A DNA stretch of 64,000 nucleotides, counting the filler, from Sphacelaria rigidula (taxonomy: Eukaryota), in NCBI GenBank assembly GCA_964200075.2. It is 4 parts of 4 records of this genome, joined end to end, with 100 filler letters (N's around TTAATTAATTAA, not from the genome) between each part and the next. Parts side by side here need not be neighbours in the genome. Positions count along the whole stretch, not along the records: positions 32,229 to 48,241 come from CAXNAA020001518.1; positions 48,342 to 64,000 come from CAXNAA020001657.1; 2 more parts are not named here. One strand, given 5' to 3'. The notes beneath the pieces were generated by a model. The model was not told where the DNA came from. It ran no database searches and worked only from the letters and a program-made list of their open reading frames with translations. Position 1 is the first letter of the stretch; every line of letters begins with the position of its first letter. Below are positions 44,828 through 54,762 of the stretch, piece after piece. The position numbers were made by a program, and so were the translations under genes.

Positions 44828-47446
44828 ATGATCAAGAATAGCTGCAGCAAGGGCTGCTCCAAATGGCTGTCATATAGTGAAGCGAGAAGCTGGGAGCCGG
44901 AGTTTTGTGTAAACCATGCCAGGGCGGGGATGGCGAATATAGTGAGCAAGAAGTGCAATACTGAAGGCTGCTCCGAAAACCCAATGTACGGTACAGTGGG
45001 AAGCCGGAAAACGGGCTTCTGTGCAGGCCACGCCAGGCCGGGAATGGTCAATGTAGTCGACCAGAACTGCGGCAACGACTGCTGCTCCAAACGACCATCG
45101 AATGATGTAGTGGGAAGACGTACGGCAGAGCTCTGTGCCGACCACGCCAGGACAGGAGTGATCAACGTGGTGGACAAGAGGTGCGGCAACGACGGTTGTT
45201 CCAAACAACCATCGTATGGTGTAGTGGGAAGCCGTAAGGCAGAGTTCTGTGCCGACCACGCCAGGGCGGGAATGGTCAACGTAGTGACCAAGGAGTGCAG
45301 CAACGACGGTTGTTCCAAACGACCATCGTATGGTGTAATGGGAAGACGTAGGGCAGAGTTCTGTGCCGGCCACGGCAGGGCAGGGATGGTCAGCGTGGTA
45401 GACAAGAGGTGCGGCAACGACGGTTGTTCCAAACGACCATCGTTTGGTGTAGTGGGAAGCCGTAAGGCAGAGTTCTGTGCCGACCACGCCAGGCCGGGAA
45501 TGGTCAAGGTGGTGGGCAAGAGGTGCGGCAACGACGGCTGCTTCAAACAACCATCGTATGGTGTAGTGGGAAGCCGTAGGGCAGAGTTCTGTGCCGGCCA
45601 CGCCAGGGCAGGGATGGTCAACGTGAGGAGGAAGTGCGGCAACGAGAGTTGTTACAAACGACCATCGTATGGTGTAGTGGGAAGCCGTAAGGCAGAGTTC
45701 TGTGCCGGCCACGCCAGAGCAGGGATGGTCAACGTGGTGGACAGGAGGTGCGGCAACGACGGTTGTTACAAACAACCATCGTATGGTGTAGTGGGAAGCC
45801 GTAAGGCAGAGTTCTGTGTCGGCCACGCCAGGGCGGGAATGGTCAGCGTGGTAGACACAAGGTGCGGCAACGACGGTTGTTCCAAACGACCATCGTATGG
45901 TTTAGTGGGAGGCCGTAAGGCAGAGTTCTGTGCCGACCACGCCAGGCCGGGAATGGTCAACGCGAGGAGGAAGTGCAGCAACGACGGCTGCTCCAAACAA
46001 CCATCGTATGGTGTAGTGGGAAGCCGTAGGGCAGAGTTCTGTGCCGACCACGCCAGGGCGGGAATGGTCAACGTACTGGGCAAGAGGTGCGGCAACGACA
46101 GCTGCTCCAAACGACCATCGTATGGTGTAGTGGGAAGCCGTAGGGCAGAGTTCTGTGCCGGCCACGCCAGGGCGGGAATGGTCAACGTGGTGGCCAAGAG
46201 GTGCGGCAACGACGGCTGCTCCAAACAACCATCGTATGGTGAAGTGGGAAGCCGTGGGGCAGAGTTCTGTGCCGGCCACGCCAGGGCAGGGATGACCAAC
46301 GTAGTGGACAAGAGGTGCGGCAACGGCGGTTGTCCCAAACAACCATCGTATGGTGTAGTGAGAAGCCGTAGGGCAGAGTTCTGTGCCGACCACGCCAGGG
46401 CAGGGATGGTCAACGTGAGGAGGAAGTGCGGCAATGAGGGTTGTTCCAAACAACCATCGTATGGTGTAGTGGGAAGCCGTAAGGCAGAGTTCTGTGTCGA
46501 CTACGCCAGGGCAGGAATGGTCAACGTGGTGGACAAGACATGCGGCAACGACGGCTGCTCCACACAACCATGGTATGGCGTAGCGCGACGCCGTAAGGCA
46601 GAGGTCTGTGTCGACCACGCCAGGGCAGGGATGATCAATACACCGAGGAAGAAGTGCAGCAACGACGTCTACTCGAAACAACCATCGTATGGTGTAGTGG
46701 TGGGAAACCGTAAGTCAGAGTTCTGTGCTGACCACGCCAGGGCAGGGATGGTCAACGTAGTGACCGCGAGGTGCGGCAACGAGGGCTGTTTCGAACAACC
46801 GTCTTATGGTGTTGTGGGAAGCCGTGAGGCAGAGTTCTGTGCTGACCACGCCAGGGCAGGGATGATCAACGTTGGAACCAAGGGGCGCGGCAACGAGGGT
46901 TGTTTGACTGCCGTATCCCGAGCAACCAAGAGTCGACAGGGAGACATCTTCGATGAAGATTCTACACAAGACGGACAACCTCATCATCCTACCAGTGACA
47001 ATGACGGTGCGGGTGATGTTGAATTCGCCCCTCTTTCGCTCGCAAGTTCCGAACTTGGTAAAACACCGTCACAGCCGGCCGAGGATGCCGAAGAACGACC
47101 GCGGGTGAAAAGGTCGCCCACGAGGGTGAAAGTGGAAGATTTCGCCCCTCTCGATGGTTTTGGGCAGAGCTGGCAAAAAAAGATTGATGTGGCCGCCTGC
47201 GCTGGTGGGGGTGGGAGTAGCAGGATTGGCAGTAACTCCAGCGGTGGTTGTCATGAAAGAAAAAAGAAGCGTATTTGCATCAGGCCGTCAGTGGTTCGTG
47301 CATACCCTCGGGCAGAAGACGACGTTGCGATGGGCGCTTCTTCAGTGGTACTTGACGGTGGGAATGACGAGGACGTGAAGGTGCAGCTGACAGTTTCAGC
47401 TTCGTTTCCCCCGTCGTGTAAGTTTGCCAACACGAACTCGAGCTAG
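44828..47446 (+). CDS. EsV-1-7 cysteine-rich repeat protein (18 C-x4-C-x16-C-x2-H units) with a disordered C-terminal tail, intronless
   Basis: 872-aa ORF from ATG to TAG. Units are mostly 114 or 111 bp, consensus CGNDGCSKQPSYGVVGSRKAEFCADHARAGMVNVVDKR. The tail has RPRVKRSP, RKKKR (NLS-like) and VKVE (SUMO consensus). Confidence 0.93.
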   Translation: MIKNSCSKGCSKWLSYSEARSWEPEFCVNHARAGMANIVSKKCNTEGCSENPMYGTVGSRKTGFCAGHARPGMVNVVDQNCGNDCCSKRPSNDVVGRRTAELCADHARTGVINVVDKRCGNDGCSKQPSYGVVGSRKAEFCADHARAGMVNVVTKECSNDGCSKRPSYGVMGRRRAEFCAGHGRAGMVSVVDKRCGNDGCSKRPSFGVVGSRKAEFCADHARPGMVKVVGKRCGNDGCFKQPSYGVVGSRRAEFCAGHARAGMVNVRRKCGNESCYKRPSYGVVGSRKAEFCAGHARAGMVNVVDRRCGNDGCYKQPSYGVVGSRKAEFCVGHARAGMVSVVDTRCGNDGCSKRPSYGLVGGRKAEFCADHARPGMVNARRKCSNDGCSKQPSYGVVGSRRAEFCADHARAGMVNVLGKRCGNDSCSKRPSYGVVGSRRAEFCAGHARAGMVNVVAKRCGNDGCSKQPSYGEVGSRGAEFCAGHARAGMTNVVDKRCGNGGCPKQPSYGVVRSRRAEFCADHARAGMVNVRRKCGNEGCSKQPSYGVVGSRKAEFCVDYARAGMVNVVDKTCGNDGCSTQPWYGVARRRKAEVCVDHARAGMINTPRKKCSNDVYSKQPSYGVVVGNRKSEFCADHARAGMVNVVTARCGNEGCFEQPSYGVVGSREAEFCADHARAGMINVGTKGRGNEGCLTAVSRATKSRQGDIFDEDSTQDGQPHHPTSDNDGAGDVEFAPLSLASSELGKTPSQPAEDAEERPRVKRSPTRVKVEDFAPLDGFGQSWQKKIDVAACAGGGGSSRIGSNSSGGCHERKKKRICIRPSVVRAYPRAEDDVAMGASSVVLDGGNDEDVKVQLTVSASFPPSCKFANTNSS

Positions 47447-48241
47447 CGCTATGATGGCGTACTTGCTGCACGCTGATCTAAAGTCCAACGCCAGTATCTC
47501 TTGGGGGTTTCTTCACATGCGCCGCTGTCGCCCATATTTTCGCGTGTGTCGTTGCAACAGGGTGAAGGTGTTGTTGCGTAACGTGGTGCCTGTGCTTTGC
47601 GGTTCCCTGTTGTTGTAAGTTCTTGCTTTGTGGAAGGACCTATTGGAACTTTTTTTTCTTGTGGCGGATATGAACACCGCTACACATGTCCTGTTGATTA
47701 GCGAACGTACTCATGATCTTGCATGCCAGTGACAGGGGTGGGTGGGTGGGTGGGTGGGTGGGACGTACTCATTTTTTTCAGTGCCTTTGTCGTTTGGCCA
47801 TTGACAACGCTGTAATGCGTGAGAGGACCGCGTGCTTAGAGGACCGCGCCGTAGCTCGAAACACCTCACGATCGACGTTGTCCAAAACCAATCGGGCCAG
47901 TCCCTGCAGGAACCACGCCCCTGACCCCAACCCCAACACTAACCCTAGCCCTGACCTTCACCATAGGGATGTTCAAATTCCGATGCGGTCCTCCATGCAC
48001 GCGATCCTCTCACGCATTGGGACGCACCCCTTTCGAGACGGAGCACAGGGTGACGGGGTGGGGGGCATTGGACGATTGTTTTCACGAAGGAACCACTGTA
48101 AACAGCAAATTGTGCGAATTGAGGTTTACCTTTGAGATGAGGTTCAAGCCTAAAACAGTGTTTTCCCCACACTTTCAGCGATAGTGCCCAATGACGTTTT
48201 TGTCGGCCTAATGCTCCTCGATCGCGTAGATACTTTTTCAG

Positions 48242-48341
48242 NNNNNNNNNNNNNNNNNNNNNNNNNNNNNNNNNNNNNNNNNNNNTTAATTAATTAANNN
48301 NNNNNNNNNNNNNNNNNNNNNNNNNNNNNNNNNNNNNNNNN
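48242..48341. other. assembly linker
   Basis: N44-TTAATTAATTAA-N44. Confidence 0.98.
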
Positions 48342-48551
48342 GACACATACACGCTGGTGAGTAGCCTAGGTACGCCGTGGTTTGTAGCCCGGGACAACGA
48401 AAATGGGAAATCGTCAAGTGGAAACCCCACTCAAATGACAAGTACTTGGGGGGATTTTACGGCGTGCACAATCAGGGGATGAACGAGATCTTCGGTCTGT
48501 TCGTGCTTTTGGTCGGTGACACTTTTTTGGTTCATTTTTGGGGGTCAGGCG

Positions 48552-48810
48552 CACCCATAGCAGTGGAGAGCGACTATAATATGTCGTGGGTACACAAAAT
48601 TCGGCTCCAGGGTCGTCGACGGGGAAAAGGGGCTGCTGAACCCCTCTCGCGAAAAAAAATTAAAGGCAAGCACCGCAGAAGGAAGATAGAGTGCTCAAAA
48701 CAAACAAAAAAGAAAAAAAACTCCTGTGTTGACCTTCCTTCCTGTGTGACCCCGGCTGATGCGGAAAGGTGTAGACCGGCGTCCAGAATGGATGGGACGA
48801 CAACACACGT
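48552..48810 (+). repeat. dispersed repeat, copy 2 (copy 1 at ~7278-7525)
   Basis: Colinear similarity to 7278-7525. Confidence 0.8.
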
Positions 48811-49429
48811 ACTGTAGTGCGAGTACCATGTGTGTACTCCGTGCGGATTGAAAATGTTGCTTTTTGGCGGGTTCGTTGATTTTCACATGCATTTTGGCTG
48901 GAGGGCAGGCTCGTAAGAGTAGGGCAGCGAGTGCACTGCACCACGCTAACAGGGGGGTGCTAGTGGGCCGGACCCTGAGACTGCCTTGAGCAGAGCTTGC
49001 GGAAGCTCGAGGCGCCTACCCCACATGACTGCCATGAGGCAGTCTACCCGAGTCCCCGGGAAATCGGCACGCGAGCCCGTTGGCGAGGGAAGTGGTGGGT
49101 CAGGTTTACTCCATCCTCTTCAAAGAAGAAAAAAAAACTGTATGTTGGCGCCGCCTGTGGACGTGCGTGTACAAGGCTTTTATAAACGTTTGGTGAAGTG
49201 CTGCAGAGTGAGTTTACCACTACTGTCAACGTAGTGCCTGTCGCGTTACTTGTGCACCATGCGTATTTACGTGACGTGACGTTGTGTCCTTGTGCCCCGT
49301 GTATCGTTGGAAGAGTCAAAGCTTCATCCCTCCTTTTTTTTCTGACGTTTTTTTCGCCCCGAGTTTGGAAGTCGACGATTGAACCTCTCGCCTCGATGCG
49401 GACGCATTCACGGTTTGTGGTATATCATT

Positions 49430-49783
49430 TAGCGATGGGTATCGAATCTCGAGTCTCGATATATATGTACCCCGATGTACTCAGGATATATCTCATCGAT
49501 ATCGTCTAAAATTGAGTGATATCTCGATTCCATCTTTCATCTCTTATCCCGTGATATATCATGCGATATCGTGTACCCTACGATCTTTCGCGGGATACGA
49601 AGTATGATATATGTGCAGTTTCATGTGTGAAACTCAGGTGGGTTGTAGCTTTTGTACGTTTTGGGAAAGTTTGGAGGCGAAATATCCCGACCTCGTATCC
49701 GATATCGTATCGATACCGCGCATTTTTGACCACAGATATCAGATATCGTATCCCGTCGTTGTCCATCTCGATACTCATCACTG
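49430..49783. mobile_element. hAT-like MITE with GATATC/TATCG-rich interior
   Basis: Left tagcgatgggtatcga versus the reverse complement of the right end cagtgatgagtatcga; dense gatatc/cgatat motifs inside; no clear 8-bp TSD. Confidence 0.55.
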
Positions 49784-50870
49784 ATCTGAGCGCCACGCGT
49801 ATGTCAAGGTCATTTTATCGCACTGTCTGTCAACGTCGTATCACCAAGTGTTTTGATACGTGGCAGGTAGATATATTGCACAATAAATAACACTCGGTGT
49901 GAAACCGCATACTGGCGTATCGTGCAGATGGACGAAGCGGTCATGTATATAGGCGTCATGACCGTACACGCTATGTGAAGTTTTTTGTTCGCCTTCCTCA
50001 TGTGTGGCCGTCTGTGGTTGTGTGTTTGGGGATTCTGGTCCGACTGAGGTGCCAGCTCTAACAGATCCACGGGGGTGTGTCTAAGTACAACAAGCCTTGA
50101 GCAGAGCAGAGCAGATGGCAAGAGTGTTCACTGCTTTTACAGTAAAGTGTTTCGAAAAGTCCATAAGTACTGAGTTCGACTTTGCTTTCTGCTTCCTTGC
50201 TTCTGGCGCTTTTTCGTGTCACAATATTACTCAGATCAAACGAGTAGCTCGAGCGAATCTGATGTTGAGCCATCCACCGCATCGGTCGGGCGACGCCTCG
50301 TGTCTAGTCCCTTGGAAGGCGGTTCGCGTCTCGGAGCAGCGGCATCTAAAGCGGCTGCGGCTGGAAACCCCAAGGGGGAGGTACGCCGTTCCTTAACTTT
50401 GTTTAGCTTGAGTTTTTTTCTAGCTGCATGCAGCACTGTCGACATGTATGTATAATAGTCGGTGGAGTGTGAACGGCACAGCGTGGGCTATACCGAGAGT
50501 CCCGGTGCGTAAGTCGTTTGCTCGTTCGTTCCATTTCGTTCTAGTCTTGTGTTCCTGAAAGCGCTCCACCACACTATGAACAAACGATTGCATCGTCAAA
50601 AATTGTACTGCGTATAGTGTCGACTATTGCGTCTATTGTAATATAAAATAGATTCCATACCGTGCGGAGTACATTTTGACAATGTAATATTGTGTCATTG
50701 TCCAGAGTGTGAACTGCTCGCAGGCACCCACGAGTCTTTTTCTGCAGTTCGACCGGGCGGGCGATGACTATACAAAAGAGTGATGGTATAAAACCACACT
50801 CTCCCCTTTTTTATGTAGCGTGAAAGTTGTTTGTTTGTTTTTCCCCGTCGGGCGGTGTTTGGTGTGTACA

Positions 50871-51036
50871 TTATTGCTTGCGGCAAAGGGCCGTCAAGCC
50901 CGACAGGCGATTGCAAACATGTCCATCAACGTGGTGGACGGTGGGGTCGAAGATGTCAGCCGTGATGGAGAAGTGGGCGAAGATGATCAGACTGCGCTCG
51001 CAGAAGCGACTCCCGTCGGAGAGGTGAGGCTCTTGA
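50871..51036 (-). other. candidate exon or remnant with an HNH-like motif
   Basis: After tatacAG the frame reads QEPHLSDGSRFCERSLIIFAHFSITADIFDPTVHHVDGHVCNRLSGLTALCRKQ*. Confidence 0.35.
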
Positions 51037-51989
51037 CTGTATATTTAGTTTTACAGCGAGTGTGGTAACACCGGACGGGGTTGTACCGAAAAGTTTTCAT
51101 GTGATTTGCAGAGTGACACCGCGATAGTCCCTTCACCCCCCCCCCAGCAATGGTCATAACACAGACGGTGGTGTGATTGTCGACCACCTGATTATTTTGC
51201 CTCATATATTTGCTGTGCAGCCTGTAGTGTATCGTGCCGCGGCTGCACGTGCGGTCCGTAGCGTACTATAATAGATCTTACAGTGTTGAACGTGCCGAGT
51301 GTACGCAGCATGCGTTTGCATATCGCACCATGACTACCGCCGCGAACGCCCCTGACGACCGGAGAGTAATTGCTCGACGATGGCGGTCGCCTCACCGTCG
51401 AAGTACTTGTCTACATCTACGTGCGTCGGGTACTCGTGGCCGCCGCTCGCGTGTTGCGCCATAGCGTTGTATACCAGATGGAGGTGTGGAGCTAGTACGA
51501 CGCTCAGACAGTACTGAACAGACAGACACAACAGTGTACCGAAGATGCTCAAACACCTACGTGTTGGTTGAATAATCTATGGTTGATTAGGAATGGTCAA
51601 AATGGGTTATGAGGGCAGACAGCGAATGTGTTTACCAGGTGTCCACCTCTACCGTAACAAAAGTTCTCATTTTGACGACCGTGATTAGTCAGAATGGCCA
51701 TCCCGCGCCTTTCGGGCCTCGTGCACGATTCATAATTTTCTGCGGGAAACTTCAAAACACACATGGTTGACTCAGTGAGCTTCTCCGACACTCCGAGGAG
51801 AGACACCCCCCCCTCAAAAAATCACCCCCCCTGGGCTCAGGAAACCCCCGGATGTCTCAGAACTGTCAGCCTGTAGAACTGTTCCGAGGCAACGTTCGTC
51901 GTCCAAGGGTTAAGGCTTCGAAGAACGCGGCAGAAATGACAATATACATGAACATATATCACATGTACACCATCCTGTCACAGCGAAGG

Positions 51990-52220
51990 GCCACCCCGGT
52001 GGCTCAGTGAAATCCCCTACACCCTCTGACGGTTGGGTGCGGATTCGAACCTCGGTAAAGTGGCATGATCTGAGATTTTTCTTGTCACATTATTTTCGAC
52101 AGTCGAGGGTGACGACGCGGTGAGTACCGAGTTGATCCCTTGGGTCACAAACCATTACCTTCACCAAATCGCACACTGTGCACCGGAAGTCGGGGTAAAT
52201 TTCGTGCCACCACGAGAATT
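51990..52220 (+). mobile_element. tRNA-derived SINE-like element
   Basis: A-box-like TGGCTCAGTG (~52000) and B-box-like GATTCGAACC (~52042) at Pol III spacing; no cloverleaf; 3' boundary uncertain. Confidence 0.45.
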
Positions 52221-53682
52221 ATAGTACAGTGGTGAGTGTTGGTGAAATATAATAACCCATTCGGCCTCGATCCCGAACGGATGGCGGGTGGAGGAGACGG
52301 TCCAACCGCTTTCGGAAAAATGCCTACCTGCTCCAGGGTGTTCTTATGGCGATGCAGGTAGTCCATCTGGAACTCACATATTTTCCAATTGAAATTGATG
52401 CCCATTCAGCACGTGACGTACCGTCGCGGTCATGGAGATGACCGCCAGATGGGACATCTGTCGAATCGGCATCATCTTCACTCGACAAGTGGGTCTACGA
52501 CCCATATGATATTCAACACATCTGACGGTGGAAGGTAACCTCCGTGACTGCGACATTAACCCATAGACAGCGAGAGTAGGTCATCTGTTGAATTGACATC
52601 AATTTCATTTCGAAACGTGTACATCTGACGTTGAAAGGTAGCCTCCGTGACTACGACAAGGTCAACGCGTGTCAGTCTGCCCGGTGAAGGTTCTTTGACA
52701 ACGACGCTCCGAAGGTTGAAGAGCCCGGTCCCAAAGGTTGGACACTCTTAAAAAAATGGCGAAGAGCCGGATCCAACCTATGCGGCGAAACCCAATGACC
52801 GCCAGGGTGGCGTCATCTCTTGAATTGGCATCACTTTCGCTTTGATGACGGAGCCCTAATTAAAGATCCGGATTTCGCGTGTCTACACTAAAAACTAATC
52901 GGACAGTCTCACACATACCACGTGGTACACTCTACTGGACCCAGGTTGCCCACCCTACCGGTCGAAGCCTCATCACCCTCCGTCACAACGCCACCGGCGG
53001 TCCATTTGTGACTCGGAATAAATTATCTTGTCTTCAATTGAACGGAGTGATGCTGATGCACGAATGAACCACTGTTCGTGGTCCAAGGGAGGAAAGGGTT
53101 CACAATGCGGGTACCGGTGGAAATTTTCAAATTCTACATTTGAAATATAAAGGATATTTTGAAAATGTTTTGCAATTTTCCGTGTGAAAAGGGGAGAACG
53201 AAAAGCATCACCTACACGGTTTTGCCCAACGTCCTGTATACTGCACTCCACGTATCATCCTATTTAATACCCAGTACTACTAGCGACATGAAGTAAACAT
53301 GCAGTGTAGGAGTCGTGTTGTGTGCGTCATCCGGGGTATGCATGTTGTGTGCGGCATGAAACACGCAGCAGTACTGATGATCAGTGATGCCCCAGCTTCC
53401 GAATTTGAAAACGGAAAACGGGCAACTATCGACACGATTGAGAAAAAGCCCTGTGCGTTCGTTTCCTGGGTAAAAAAACATGACGTTTATAATAGTAAAA
53501 TATGCGTGGGAAACATACAAGTATGAAAACATTGAGGGTATTTCCAATACTCGTAGCTGAGGAGGGCTCCCGTAGTTCAGTTGATAACCTCGGAACCTTC
53601 AGACGGTTGGTGCGTGCATGGGTTCAAATCTCAGTGAGGTCACACAAACTGGCATATGCGATGTGTGAGATGATGTTGCGAC

Positions 53683-54762
53683 GTACTTGGGCTGTAGGCT
53701 GTCGCTACCGTGCGCTCGTGTGCATACATGTGTGTGAGCGTGGCCGGCCTCCGGGGTCATCAGGACAGAGCGGGCAAGGAGAAGAAGGAAATATACGCAC
53801 CTCGCAAAGCCCCCGCGAGGCCCACCAGACTTTTCGGTTTCGGTGAGTGCTTCTTGATTGACTTTTTCAACAATTTCAACGACCCAAAAAAATTAATGAC
53901 AATATTCGAAATGATGCCCACTGGGAGGGGATGGGCGGGGGGCTCCGTGTCCGAAAACCTTTTCCCAACAAACCCCTGGTATGGCGTGAAATTACATACG
54001 CGACACTTCCGTATTGAACGCCTATTATTTATGTCCTTGCACGAGGCGTGCGTGTAACATGTACCGTATTTTCCCGATTGTGGTCAATCGACCGAGTGAT
54101 TGGTTGTCACATATTTCCAATCCCTTGGCCGCGGGAATAGTCCTTCTGGGTCATGCATACCTTTTCCAAGGGAAATGAAAGCTGATTCAACAGATGACCT
54201 GTGCTCGCCGTCAAAGGATTAACGTGGCTCAGGACCATGACGCGCTCGGAAGGGATTGCGGAACCCTTTCGTGGTCTTTCACGAGGTGTCGAATCGAGTA
54301 TCGAGGGAACGCTACCCTGCGAGCCGTTTCGATACGCCTCAATGAAAGATAGATTTATTGGTCTAGGGTGTATGATCACAAGATGGCATTGCGATATTGA
54401 TTGAGCCCACAAACCTTCCGATACGCCTCGCGGGTTTCCATACATGTAACCAAGGATCTGTCAAAAAAATATTTCTGGACACGTTGACCCCGAGATCGAA
54501 AATGCGAGTTATGAGCGGAGGGGGGGGGGACCCCAGCCTGCTGTCCCCTAGATTATTGCCGAGGCGTTGGCGGGTGCGGTCAGCTACCGCCTACGGAGAT
54601 CCTTGGGAGGAAGACCAATGACATGGCGGACACGCCGCCCTCCCAAGCTCATCACTTACCACGATTACATTTATGAGATCATGTTTCGTGTCGCGGGACT
54701 CGACCACCTACAATTAGTCCGGCAAAGTTGGCGGGGCGTGAGATAAAGTTGCTACTTCGGCT
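53683..54762. repeat. permuted inverted copy of the 33750-34320 repeat, bounded by tactt(g/c)ggctg direct repeats
   Basis: The two halves of the 33750-34320 repeat occur in swapped order with ~490 bp between them. Confidence 0.65.

Noticed and set aside
44821-46987. Long antisense ORFs (273, 318, 227, 259 aa) over the EsV-1-7 array
   Set aside because: They are shadows of the in-frame tandem repeat.
11586-47446. FNIP and EsV-1-7 genes as one endogenous giant-virus insertion or gene cluster
   Set aside because: They are on different contigs, and no NCLDV core genes or gene-dense viral region are visible.
47918-47962. Telomere-like ccctga/ccccaa/ccctag run
   Set aside because: It is short, degenerate and ~280 bp inside the contig end, so it is more likely a simple-repeat tract.
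51990-52065. tRNA gene
   Set aside because: It has A/B-box-like motifs but no acceptor stem or cloverleaf; kept only as SINE-like.
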